Shown here piece after piece: positions 1 through 9,481 of a DNA stretch of 64,000 nt. Origin of the DNA: a virus; the IMG/VR virus record IMGVR_UViG_3300023178_001963. The stretch is one strand, 5' to 3'. Numbering within the stretch: position 1 is the first letter of the stretch; the number at the start of each line of letters is the position of its first letter. The notes beneath the pieces are model-generated. The model saw nothing but the letters and a program-made list of their open reading frames with translations. It did not search any database and was not told where the DNA came from. The position numbers and the translations under genes were made by a program.

Positions 1-948
1 AATTCCTTGATATCCACTGTTACAACTCCATCCTTCAAAATTATTAAAGTTAAAAGCATTGAAACGTTCTGCTTGGTCCATATACCACTTCTTACCTTTT
101 GAATCAGTGAACTCTACCTGCATATGCCATGGAACGCTTTTATCATTTTCACCAATAGCGTACTGTGGCATTTCAAATGTAGGCTTCGGTCTACCCTCCC
201 ATTTTCTTTTTACTTCAGTATAAGCCATTTGAGGCATACCATTCCACAAACGCTTCATTTGTTCTTCTGTATATCCTTCAACAACTTTTGACGCTGTTGG
301 GTCACTTTGGGGTTTGAGGGTAACGTTGATTCCTTGCTCGTGGAAGAAAAGAGCATTTTCCCAATCTTTTTCAAACCACTCGGGAACCATGACCATGTTG
401 ATTGTAATCTGTACATCGTGTTCCTGACACAGGATTAATTTGTCTGCAAATTCCTGCATCTTCTCCTTCGTGTCTAAATGCTCTGTATGTAAACTTGCTG
501 TAATACTTGCTCTATGAAAAGGTTTCGCTCTTTCCACATAATCCTCAAACCACTTAAGTGGGCGAGAACAATTACTAGTCATATGTATACTAGTATAGTT
601 AGTATTAGGAACATCATCAGCCAAATGGCCCAGTATGTCCAAGTATCCAGGGTGGAAGGTAGGCTCGCCCCCACTAAGACTAAAGTGAAAACTATTAAAT
701 CCATTATCACGTGCTTGCCTCTTTATTTCATCTACTGTTGCTAGACACAACTCTGTTGGTCTGTGATCTTTTCTGTCACTTCTGGCATAGGGCCAGCAAT
801 AACTACATCTATAGTTACAGAAGCGTCCAAGTAACCATGACACTGTAAATAAGTCACGGTAAAGTAATGTACGCTGTCCTACTTGTACTAAATCATCAAA
901 AGGTATTTTAGTAAAGTCATACTCACTCCATTTTAAGTCTTCACTCAT
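1..948 (-). CDS. Radical SAM protein (C-terminal auxiliary Cys domain type), 3'-truncated by the window edge
   Basis: Not in the ORF track. Manual translation from ATG at 948 (ATGA overlap with the upstream stop): MSEDLKWSEYDFTKIPF...VSWLLGRFCNYRCSYCWPY...SLSGGEPTFHP...FNNFEGWSCNSG; CxxxCxxC and GGEP motifs; frame open to position 1. Confidence 0.9.
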   Translation of the reverse strand, partial: MSEDLKWSEYDFTKIPFDDLVQVGQRTLLYRDLFTVSWLLGRFCNYRCSYCWPYARSDRKDHRPTELCLATVDEIKRQARDNGFNSFHFSLSGGEPTFHPGYLDILGHLADDVPNTNYTSIHMTSNCSRPLKWFEDYVERAKPFHRASITASLHTEHLDTKEKMQEFADKLILCQEHDVQITINMVMVPEWFEKDWENALFFHEQGINVTLKPQSDPTASKVVEGYTEEQMKRLWNGMPQMAYTEVKRKWEGRPKPTFEMPQYAIGENDKSVPWHMQVEFTDSKGKKWYMDQAERFNAFNFNNFEGWSCNSGYQGI

Positions 949-1571
949 AGTCGTCCAAATCCCCATTGTCTTTCTTCACACCACCAACAATAACCACACT
1001 GTTCTACTGTAGGATCAATGTCTGGTAGATGTTTCATCGTGTCATCCATCCATTCACAACTACTAGTTAACTCAAACAAATCTAATAAGTTATGTTTTCT
1101 ATATAAATTAGCAATACCACGTTTATCTATATTAGCAAATGGTAATCTAACTTTACCATCAAACAGAATTTCAGGGCGATTACCGTCTGGTGTTCTATCA
1201 TCTACTGGACCATCTTTACTAATGAAACTCTCAACGACATCTGCCGGCGGATTAGCTGTAGCACCATTATAAAAACAACTTATAGTATTACTATCTAATA
1301 ATGAACTAAGATCCTCGTTCAAGTTTTCTAATGTCTGATGTGGTATATGTCTTAATCTATGGTCATAGTTTGTAAATCCAGTAGCATTGCTACAGTACTC
1401 TATGATAGAAGGAGTTCTTTTTGCATTACGTTCAAATTTATCTGCTGCTGCTACTGTACATATGTACATTTTATTTTTATGTACAGACATCAGTAAGTAC
1501 AATAGAAGTGCGCTATCTGCACCTCCACTGACTGATACTCCTATAGGTTCATTCGGTGTTTCTATAATCAT
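945..1571 (-). CDS. QueC-like PP-loop ATP pyrophosphatase (7-cyano-7-deazaguanine synthase-like family)
   Basis: VSVSGGADS PP-loop; C-terminal SSC...CGYCWWCEER Zn-type motif as in the QueC family. Confidence 0.75.
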   Translation of the reverse strand: MIIETPNEPIGVSVSGGADSALLLYLLMSVHKNKMYICTVAAADKFERNAKRTPSIIEYCSNATGFTNYDHRLRHIPHQTLENLNEDLSSLLDSNTISCFYNGATANPPADVVESFISKDGPVDDRTPDGNRPEILFDGKVRLPFANIDKRGIANLYRKHNLLDLFELTSSCEWMDDTMKHLPDIDPTVEQCGYCWWCEERQWGFGRL

Positions 1572-2521
1572 AATTCTTCTTTTATAAATGTATCACGCTT
1601 CATTTGCTTACATACTTGCATACAGCGAGGAACAGGATTATCCCCATCCCAACTATCAATAATGCCCTTCCACACTTTACTGTTTATGGCATCTTCAATA
1701 CTTGCGTTTTCTAAATTTATCGTATTTTTATAATCGTTTTCTTCTAGTAGTGTTTCAAATTCATCTTTGTGAATACCTGTTACATTATATTCCATCATTT
1801 TACTATTTAAATGACAACAAGGTATTACGTTACCAGTATGATTAATAAAGATACGCTTTTGATTTCCATATTTACAACTCACATATGGTATCTCTACTGC
1901 GTTATCTATGTCTTCAGTCTTTGCCGCTTTCACACCTTTAGTGTCTTTACGATGACTAATAATAGTTTTAAAATTTTTAAACCCTTCGTCAGATGCTTTT
2001 TGTTTTGCTTCTTCCATCTGATGTTCGTTATGTTCAAAAACAATGAACTGCCAATTACTTCGACCACCTGCTGCGTTAAATGCTTTATAGTTTTGTTCTA
2101 CTTTTTTAAAGCTACTGCCTTCTCTATAAACTTCACTTAGTTCATCACTTCCATCGATTCCCCAGGTAACTGCGTGGCTCTCTGGTAGTAGTCCTGCTAA
2201 GTCTGTCCACCATTGTGGGTGACGCAAACTGCCATTAGTAGCAATGTTAATATGCGCACCCCAATCAGCAAAGTGTCTTATGATATCAAAGAATTGTGGG
2301 TGCGATGTGGGTTCGTCTACACTGCCACAAAAATTTATAATCTTAATACTTGGAAACATATCTTTTTGAAATCGTTCACGTATTGTATCAATTGTAATAT
2401 ATTCTTTGTTTAATATTTTATCAGCATGTTTAGATATAACTCTAAAACATCCTTTACATTGGATGTTACAAAAACTTGTTAGTTCTATATCTAACCATTC
2501 TATTGTTTTCATATCCCACAT
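1568..2521 (-). CDS. Radical SAM protein with C-terminal SPASM/twitch-like domain
   Basis: ELTSFCNIQCKGC; TNG; WQFIVFEHNEHQ; C-terminal C...PCC...CxxxC. Confidence 0.9.
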   Translation of the reverse strand: MWDMKTIEWLDIELTSFCNIQCKGCFRVISKHADKILNKEYITIDTIRERFQKDMFPSIKIINFCGSVDEPTSHPQFFDIIRHFADWGAHINIATNGSLRHPQWWTDLAGLLPESHAVTWGIDGSDELSEVYREGSSFKKVEQNYKAFNAAGGRSNWQFIVFEHNEHQMEEAKQKASDEGFKNFKTIISHRKDTKGVKAAKTEDIDNAVEIPYVSCKYGNQKRIFINHTGNVIPCCHLNSKMMEYNVTGIHKDEFETLLEENDYKNTINLENASIEDAINSKVWKGIIDSWDGDNPVPRCMQVCKQMKRDTFIKEEL

Positions 2522-2533
2522 TATGTATTCTCT

Positions 2534-3163
2534 TTATATTACATATGTTTTTATAGATTTACTATGAGAAACTATATTTCTAAAAACAGTACCATCATCA
2601 TTTAGTACAGTATTCCACGTATGTTCTTTATTAGGAAAACCTATACCCAATTGATAGTGTGGTTTTGAAAAAAATTCAATATCTGTTTCGCCTGTAACTT
2701 CTGTTACTAATTCAGCAATATCTTTTGAATCAAAACATTGATTGTATCCGGTACGGTATCCTAAAGCATTCGCTGCAAATGCTACAGCGCCACTGCTAAT
2801 TCCCATAGCAGTTCTGGCATTTAATAACCATGGATCAAAAAATCCTTGAGTGTTTTTCCAATCTCCAATGCCTTCTTTTTTAAGTTCAAACCAAGTAAAC
2901 ACCACAGGTGCATCAACTTGTGCGTTTCTACCTACAGTTTGTTGATTATCTGGATCTTCTGCCAATTCATAAAATTTACGATTTAAATCTCTATCGGTTG
3001 ATACTACTAATCTGTAAAATTCATCATTAGATTTAGTAGGCATGTTTATTGCTATATCAATTAGCGCATGTACATGTTCTTCTGGAACCGATTGTGTATG
3101 ATCCCAGTTACGTTGGCAATGTTCAGCGTTTTTGCTTGCTTCAATTAATTCATTTACATTCAT
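2534..3163 (-). CDS. Nitroreductase-family flavoprotein
   Basis: N-terminal QRNWD, MPTKSN (aligns with the APSxxN motif), AxAANALGYRTG and LGIGFP motifs typical of the nitroreductase fold. Confidence 0.7.
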   Translation of the reverse strand: MNVNELIEASKNAEHCQRNWDHTQSVPEEHVHALIDIAINMPTKSNDEFYRLVVSTDRDLNRKFYELAEDPDNQQTVGRNAQVDAPVVFTWFELKKEGIGDWKNTQGFFDPWLLNARTAMGISSGAVAFAANALGYRTGYNQCFDSKDIAELVTEVTGETDIEFFSKPHYQLGIGFPNKEHTWNTVLNDDGTVFRNIVSHSKSIKTYVI

Positions 3164-4374
3164 TTTGTGTTCTCAAATATACTCATGTCTTCAATGTGTT
3201 GAGGTAAAATACTCATTAGTTCATCACGTTCAATACTCTTAGGTGTACACATACCGCATCCACAATGCTTTCCAGGACCTAGAGGGCATGTTATAATAGG
3301 CATTGTTTTATTTTCTATATTAGTACGGAACTCTTCTATAATCTTATCGCATTCTGAAATAGATCCAATTGGACCACGTGTACCATCAAAACGTGCTTGA
3401 CAAGTTTGGTGATGCCAGATAGTATCTGTTTGTTGTTCAATATGTAAAAAGAACCAGTTGACACTACATTGCCAGTTTCGAAACTTAGCAAACTCTAAAA
3501 ATGTGCTTTTACTCCAGCAACCATCTGTACCGCAAGTTTCCATTGTGCGACTACCACAACACGGTCTACCCAACTGTCTAGCAAATTTCTTTTCTTCTGT
3601 TTTTTCGACTTGTACAGCACCAGCTTCGTGTCCTACTTCTGCTTCTGCTTCTTCCGTAGTTTTATCTTTATTAAGTGCTGCATTTTTATCTGCCCAATAA
3701 TCTTTCATCCACTGTAATTGTTCTTCAGTATATTTATGGGCATAACTATTTTTACTATCTTCGTGTTCACCAATCATACGCGGAACGTAACCGATACCAT
3801 CACGTTCGAAACGCATACATAATTCTTTACATTCATCCCAATATTCAGCATGGAACATAACATTAATTTTGATTGGGAATCCTTTTTCAGTTAGATAGTA
3901 AATGTTATTAACAACTTGTTTTTTTAAACTTGAATGTGCTTCCGCATGGTAACTGATAGTCATAAAGCCATAGTTTTCGCAAACACTGTCTGCCATCTTT
4001 TTACCGAAAGCACCGTTACTAGTAATAGTCAAGTTTAGTCTATAATCATCTTTATAATTTTCACGCCATGTTTGCTGTAGCCATTCGCCAAACTCTAAAA
4101 AGTTTGGATTGTTTGTAGGTTCACCACCAGTAAAATTGATGTTTATACCTTTATTTTTTTTATAAGGCATCATTAAATTTGCGTAATCAAAAATAAATCT
4201 GCCAGTCTTTTTTAAAGTTTCTAAATTAGCATGTGGTGAAAAGTTATCGTGTCTATGTGGTGGACAATATGTACAGTCATAGTTACAACGTCTACCCACA
4301 TCCCACGTTACAGTAAGATTGTCACCATCCAGCAAATTGATTGCTGTAAAATCAGTGTATTCTAAATCTTTCAT
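3160..4374 (-). CDS. Radical SAM protein with C-terminal Cys-rich auxiliary domain
   Basis: VTWDVGRRCNYDCTYC, FTGGEPT, TSNG; C-terminal PCC, WQC, CPLGPGKHCGCGMC. Confidence 0.92.
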   Translation of the reverse strand: MKDLEYTDFTAINLLDGDNLTVTWDVGRRCNYDCTYCPPHRHDNFSPHANLETLKKTGRFIFDYANLMMPYKKNKGININFTGGEPTNNPNFLEFGEWLQQTWRENYKDDYRLNLTITSNGAFGKKMADSVCENYGFMTISYHAEAHSSLKKQVVNNIYYLTEKGFPIKINVMFHAEYWDECKELCMRFERDGIGYVPRMIGEHEDSKNSYAHKYTEEQLQWMKDYWADKNAALNKDKTTEEAEAEVGHEAGAVQVEKTEEKKFARQLGRPCCGSRTMETCGTDGCWSKSTFLEFAKFRNWQCSVNWFFLHIEQQTDTIWHHQTCQARFDGTRGPIGSISECDKIIEEFRTNIENKTMPIITCPLGPGKHCGCGMCTPKSIERDELMSILPQHIEDMSIFENTK

Positions 4375-5822
4375 TTTATTGGAGTCTCCAAAAATTCTAT
4401 TATGTCCGGATGAATGTAATCATTATAACATTGATTTCTACTCATGTCAAACACTTTTATTTCTTTTAGCATATTCAATCTATGTTGTTCTGTTATTTCT
4501 AAATCTAAGTTTGCTTCTAAGAAAGAAATACCACTTGTCATATTAGTATGATAATAATCATTATTATGACTATAATTTTCTTTGATATTTTTAAATTTTT
4601 CTATCAAGTCTAACTTTATATGTTTAGGTAAAAACTTAACATTTATGTATTTTTCTTCGGGCCAAAGCAAGTCTAAAAAGAATACAGCAAATTCATTTGA
4701 TTTTCTACCATACTCTTTATGTAAACTATAATGAAACTCTACTAAATCCTCTAAGTAATGTGCATTTAGCACACTAAGAACGACATTGAAACTAAAGTTT
4801 TTTATGAATCCATATGGTGTTCTTTTATAATTAATATCTTTGACAGATTCTAAAATATTTCTTAAACTCTTTTCTAATACTGAAAATTTCATAGGGTATC
4901 TTATATATTCATAATTTTTCCCATATCCATCGATACTACAATTTAATACAAGACCGTCAAACTTTTTTAACTTTTCTATATTTTCATTTGAAAACTTAGT
5001 AGCATTAGTATGGAACTCTAACATAATATTTTTTGAGGCTCCAGTTTCAATAGCCGTATCTAAAAACTGTATAAAAGGTTTACTCATAAGAGTTTCACCA
5101 CCAGTTGCTTTTATATGTTTTAAATTATGTATATTGTCTAATATATTTTCCCACTGTTTTCCGTCTTTCCAGTTGTATACTTGGTATTCGCCACCTATGT
5201 ATAATTCTTGATCCGTTCTCTTTTGTTCTTCTAACGATAATTCAGTAAGAGAATTTTCTTTTATGATAGTATCTCTGCGTTTCTGCCAATCAAATCCTTG
5301 AATACCACTTGTGTCCACATTGTTATCGGCAAAATATTGATAGTCTAATCTAAGTTTATTACTTAAACCTGGTTGACACATACGACATCTCAAATTACAG
5401 TTTTCACCAAACGCAAAATCAATAGAACTTAATTTTGGATTTTCTATAAGATCATCTAATTCGTCTTCGTCTGTTATTTTTAATAAGCCAGGAGGCATGC
5501 TGTCTAATCTATAACTATAAACGTCATCTCCATTTCCGTTTTCTTCCATCTTCCAACACGTAGCACATGAAGGATGTCTTCTGTTAGTTAACGCATACTC
5601 TCTTATTTCATTCATCGTCTTGCCATGAAATATTTCTTCTGCGGTAATAGTATCAGGATTAGATATCAGTTCTATGTGGTTATTTAACGGATCAGGCATA
5701 TCAGGACGTATCGAATTACAGCACGGCGCAGCATTCGTAATGCCATACTTGTAATGCCAAGTCTTTAACGCCAGTAATGAAAATGGAAACCAGCAAAAAG
5801 TATTATCTTTAGTTGGTTTCAC
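4371..5822 (-). CDS. Radical SAM protein with N-terminal twitch-like Cys domain
   Basis: N-terminal CWFPF...PCC...CATCW; CNLRCRMC; TGGET; YIRYP. Confidence 0.92.
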   Translation of the reverse strand: MKPTKDNTFCWFPFSLLALKTWHYKYGITNAAPCCNSIRPDMPDPLNNHIELISNPDTITAEEIFHGKTMNEIREYALTNRRHPSCATCWKMEENGNGDDVYSYRLDSMPPGLLKITDEDELDDLIENPKLSSIDFAFGENCNLRCRMCQPGLSNKLRLDYQYFADNNVDTSGIQGFDWQKRRDTIIKENSLTELSLEEQKRTDQELYIGGEYQVYNWKDGKQWENILDNIHNLKHIKATGGETLMSKPFIQFLDTAIETGASKNIMLEFHTNATKFSNENIEKLKKFDGLVLNCSIDGYGKNYEYIRYPMKFSVLEKSLRNILESVKDINYKRTPYGFIKNFSFNVVLSVLNAHYLEDLVEFHYSLHKEYGRKSNEFAVFFLDLLWPEEKYINVKFLPKHIKLDLIEKFKNIKENYSHNNDYYHTNMTSGISFLEANLDLEITEQHRLNMLKEIKVFDMSRNQCYNDYIHPDIIEFLETPIK

Positions 5823-6687
5823 CTAACTTTTCCTTTGCTGTTGCTTTTGCCCATTCACGTTCGGCACACCAATAACAGCCTCTATTAGGATCATCTGATA
5901 ACTGATCGCACGTGGGTAGTGGTGTTTCGCCATGTACATATTTGGTGTGATCCACAAAATCATCTGGGAATATAACTTTATCACCTTCACAACTACGAGT
6001 AGTGTTAAGTAAATCTTCCCAACCACGTCTATAATATTGTGCCATAATAAAGTCTTTGGTGATAAGTTTCCAAGGATGAACCAGTACTGGATCTCTGAAG
6101 GCTGTATCATCTTTTTCAATATATTGTGGACATACGCTGGTAGTTGATAATCTTTCTTCATTCCATACTCTATCCCATGGACCTTTGGTATGATTTACCA
6201 CATCAGGTGCTGGATTATTTGTAATAAAATTATATACAGCATCTAACTTATATGTGTGAACAGCAAAACTATTGAAACTCTGTGTACATTGCCTATCACC
6301 GGTTGTCCCTAGTTTCTCTATAATACCAATAGCGCCTTCTTCTAACTCTGGTGGAATAAAATTCTGAATACGTTCCATACAAACATTTGGGAACATTTCA
6401 CGTATTTTATTATATACTTCTACACTAATAGGTGCTGCCCAAGGTCTATTATTCCAAACTCTTACGTTTGTTAAAAAATAGATTGCTGTGTTGTTTCCAT
6501 GTTTTTCAATTAACTCTGCTAGTATCGCTGTGCCAACAGCACTATCTGCGCCGCCACTAACATTTACACCAACACGTTTCCAAGTCGGATCATACGGATA
6601 TAATGCCTCGTCTACTTGATGTAATACATCAGTACTGATATTGTGCATTTCATAACTTTTATTACTTAAACTAACATCAAATGCCAT
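5809..6687 (-). CDS. QueC-like PP-loop ATP pyrophosphatase, second paralog
   Basis: VNVSGGADS; TRSCEG...C...GCYWCAEREWA. Confidence 0.72.
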   Translation of the reverse strand: MAFDVSLSNKSYEMHNISTDVLHQVDEALYPYDPTWKRVGVNVSGGADSAVGTAILAELIEKHGNNTAIYFLTNVRVWNNRPWAAPISVEVYNKIREMFPNVCMERIQNFIPPELEEGAIGIIEKLGTTGDRQCTQSFNSFAVHTYKLDAVYNFITNNPAPDVVNHTKGPWDRVWNEERLSTTSVCPQYIEKDDTAFRDPVLVHPWKLITKDFIMAQYYRRGWEDLLNTTRSCEGDKVIFPDDFVDHTKYVHGETPLPTCDQLSDDPNRGCYWCAEREWAKATAKEKLGETN

Positions 6688-8077
6688 CGAATATTCCTTT
6701 CATATCTTTAAATACTTCGTAAAAATTTAAGTTTCTTTGTTTGTCACACAGCATTAAATATTCTTTTAATTCGGGAAGGCGAATACTCCAATCCTCACTC
6801 TCCATAAATTTGAGCATCCCTTCTAATCTATCAATACCATAACTTGCGCTACGCCATTCATCATAATTTACTTTACCCTTGTGCCAGCCAGGAATACCTT
6901 TTTCCCAGTTAGCCTCCCACCATGGATAAAACTCTTCGTATTTTTTTCTACATTTTTCTTTAAATTCAGTAGGTAGAACTTTAACATTTAAATGTGGTGG
7001 ATGGTATACAAAGTGATAATTAATACCACCAGCTCCAAACGGCCACATATTAATCTTTTTAAATCCTTGTTCTAATTTCCAACGAATAAAGTCTGGCAAA
7101 TAGTAGATATTAAGTGCTTGTACAGCACACGCAACTGTAATCTCAACATTATCAGTTGTTTCATTATCTAGTATATGAAAAACTTCTTCAGTACGCTTCC
7201 ACTCACTAGGATAACGAATATAACTATTCATTTCACCAATACTATCTACACTATAATGGAAACGAACTAGTTTAAATTCTTTCCACAAGTCAAATAAGTC
7301 ATCACGCCACTCAACTCCGTTTGAATTATAACGTAGTTCTAAGTTTTTAGCATGACCCTGACGTATGCATTCTTCTAATATCTCATAGTGTTCTTCAATA
7401 ATAAGACTTTCGCCACCAGCAAAATAAATCTGCTGCATATTCGGTATCTGTGAATAGAATTGTTCCCAAAATACTGGATTTTGTTTATGCCAGTTGTAAG
7501 AACTACCATTTGTGCTGCCCTTATCAGCCCATTGCATTGTTTCCTTCAATGAATTATTCTGAACAAGTGGGAATATCTTTGAATGGTCTTTAATCCAACC
7601 TGAACTATCGTGTGGCGAACACATAACACATGCTAACTGACATTTTGTACCAAATCGCAAATCAATATACGTCAACTCTGGTGGGACTTCACCATCTTCA
7701 GTTGTATTATCTAGTAATCTGTCAACATCTACACGTTGACTCCAGTAATTAGTCTCCCACATACGTTTTGAATTGTGTCCAGCAGCCTCTTCTTTAAAAC
7801 ATTTTACACAACTCGGTGGGACTTCACTGTTCATCATCTGTCTGCGTACATTCTTCATGTACTTACTATTCCAAGCAGTTTGAAAATCAGTTACATTCAG
7901 ATTGTTGGGTCTACCTTCATCATCTTTTAGAATACCTACCATACCACCGTGTTCTTTATCATTAGTTGGTCCAACACTGGATGCATTAGCAGTACAACAT
8001 ACACGCATTGAACCATCTGGTCTTGTACTCAGATGTACCCACGGTAAAATACAGAATGTATCACTTTTCTTTGTCAT
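6677..8077 (-). CDS. Radical SAM protein with N-terminal twitch-like Cys domain
   Basis: FCILPW...VCC...CVKC; DLRFGTKCQLACVMC; FAGGES; YIRYP. Confidence 0.93.
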   Translation of the reverse strand: MTKKSDTFCILPWVHLSTRPDGSMRVCCTANASSVGPTNDKEHGGMVGILKDDEGRPNNLNVTDFQTAWNSKYMKNVRRQMMNSEVPPSCVKCFKEEAAGHNSKRMWETNYWSQRVDVDRLLDNTTEDGEVPPELTYIDLRFGTKCQLACVMCSPHDSSGWIKDHSKIFPLVQNNSLKETMQWADKGSTNGSSYNWHKQNPVFWEQFYSQIPNMQQIYFAGGESLIIEEHYEILEECIRQGHAKNLELRYNSNGVEWRDDLFDLWKEFKLVRFHYSVDSIGEMNSYIRYPSEWKRTEEVFHILDNETTDNVEITVACAVQALNIYYLPDFIRWKLEQGFKKINMWPFGAGGINYHFVYHPPHLNVKVLPTEFKEKCRKKYEEFYPWWEANWEKGIPGWHKGKVNYDEWRSASYGIDRLEGMLKFMESEDWSIRLPELKEYLMLCDKQRNLNFYEVFKDMKGIFDGI

Positions 8078-9441
8078 AATATATGTCTTTCTATTTGTAT
8101 TATGTCTTTAATATTTTCTTTTCTATGCCTATCCAGTTGTTTTGTATAAGCAATAAATTCATCTTTTAATGTTTGTTCAGCATATTTTATATCATCAGAC
8201 CAATCTAACTCTGGATTATGTATTTCTTTTTTTGATTTGCTATTAACGTATACTAACCCAAGCTCTTTAGCAATACTTAATATTCTAAGTCTGACTTCTT
8301 CGATTTCTTTCCATTTCCATCTATCATTTTCATCATAGTCTTCTATGTTGTCTATGATACTTTTTAGTTTTGTATTAGTTGGCACAAACACATCATAGTA
8401 CCATTCTTTTCTAGCACTCTTATTTATTAAATACATACTTAAGTAATTTGGATCATATAATTTGTTAAGCATCAACTGTACGTTATTCAGCCCTGATGTA
8501 TTTTGTGTTAATTTTTCAATATACCAATCAACTAAGTTACCCAAATCAAATAAGTTATATACTTGAACAACTGTACTAATATTTAAAAGTATGGTATCAC
8601 TATTCAATTCTAGTATTCGATTCATATTTCTACCAATCGTTTCCCAGTCACTTGGATTTCTTATATACTCTTGTACTTTACCAACACCATCAATACTACA
8701 ATCTAATGTTACCTTTTTAAATTGAGGTAGATACTCTAATAATCGTTCTTGTAGATTTGTTAGATTTGTAGTAATCTTTAATCTTATATTTTTTGATGTA
8801 CCATCATCAGTAACTTGTTTTAAAAAATCATACATTTCTTCGTGTAGAGTAGGTTCACCTCCAACAAATGTAATCTCTTCTATATCAACTCTGTTTTTAC
8901 TTATAAAATCCCAAAACTCTTGTGTTGCCCAATTTTCATTTATATCTTTAAAATTACTGTACCAAAGTTTATCACCACTCTGTTCAAACTTAGTATGCTC
9001 TTTTACAATTTGACTGCTAAACTGAGGCCAGCACATACGACATTTTAAATTACATAGATTACCAAGTCTTATGTCATAGTATTTTATTTTTGGATTGTTT
9101 ATTACAGTATCATCAAACTCATTTTTCTGTACCCATTTTTGATTTTCTCTACGTCTTTTGCTGGGATAAATTTCAGAACCAGATGTATAATATTTGTCTT
9201 CCTCATCAAAACATATATCACATTCAGGTAATCTCTCATCATTTAAAATGCGCTGTCTTCTATTTTTCATATGTGTACTATTCCATATTTCATCTACACT
9301 ATGTGTATTGATGTTATATGGAATCCCATCGTTATCACGTATGACATTATGCTTTGATACTTTACAACACAGACGGCAATTACCTTCTGTTGTAGTCGCA
9401 AGATGTATGAAAGGTAGAATACAAAAGTTTTTATGTGACAT
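8074..9441 (-). CDS. Radical SAM protein with N-terminal twitch-like Cys domain
   Basis: Start reassigned to ATG 9441 (MSHKNFCILPF), matching paralog N-termini and avoiding overlap with the divergent gene; LCC, CDIC, CNLKCRMC, VGGEPT. Confidence 0.9.
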   Translation of the reverse strand: MSHKNFCILPFIHLATTTEGNCRLCCKVSKHNVIRDNDGIPYNINTHSVDEIWNSTHMKNRRQRILNDERLPECDICFDEEDKYYTSGSEIYPSKRRRENQKWVQKNEFDDTVINNPKIKYYDIRLGNLCNLKCRMCWPQFSSQIVKEHTKFEQSGDKLWYSNFKDINENWATQEFWDFISKNRVDIEEITFVGGEPTLHEEMYDFLKQVTDDGTSKNIRLKITTNLTNLQERLLEYLPQFKKVTLDCSIDGVGKVQEYIRNPSDWETIGRNMNRILELNSDTILLNISTVVQVYNLFDLGNLVDWYIEKLTQNTSGLNNVQLMLNKLYDPNYLSMYLINKSARKEWYYDVFVPTNTKLKSIIDNIEDYDENDRWKWKEIEEVRLRILSIAKELGLVYVNSKSKKEIHNPELDWSDDIKYAEQTLKDEFIAYTKQLDRHRKENIKDIIQIERHIL

Positions 9442-9446
9442 GCTTA

Positions 9447-9476
9447 TATTTATCTTATTAACTACGAACATAAATA
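9447..9476. promoter_or_regulatory. Back-to-back late-promoter-like motifs (GATAAATA on minus 9447-9454; AACTACGAACATAAATA on plus 9460-9476)
   Basis: 40-bp divergent intergenic gap with an ATAAATA motif (cf. T4 late TATAAATA) 5 nt before each ATG. Confidence 0.6.
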
Positions 9477-9481
9477 ACAGT

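Noticed and set aside
1-6687. A canonical queuosine/7-deazaguanine DNA-modification operon (QueC plus QueE)
   Set aside because: The neighbouring radical SAM proteins carry extra Cys domains and do not resemble compact QueE; no QueD, FolE or DpdA is seen. It cannot be excluded outside the window.
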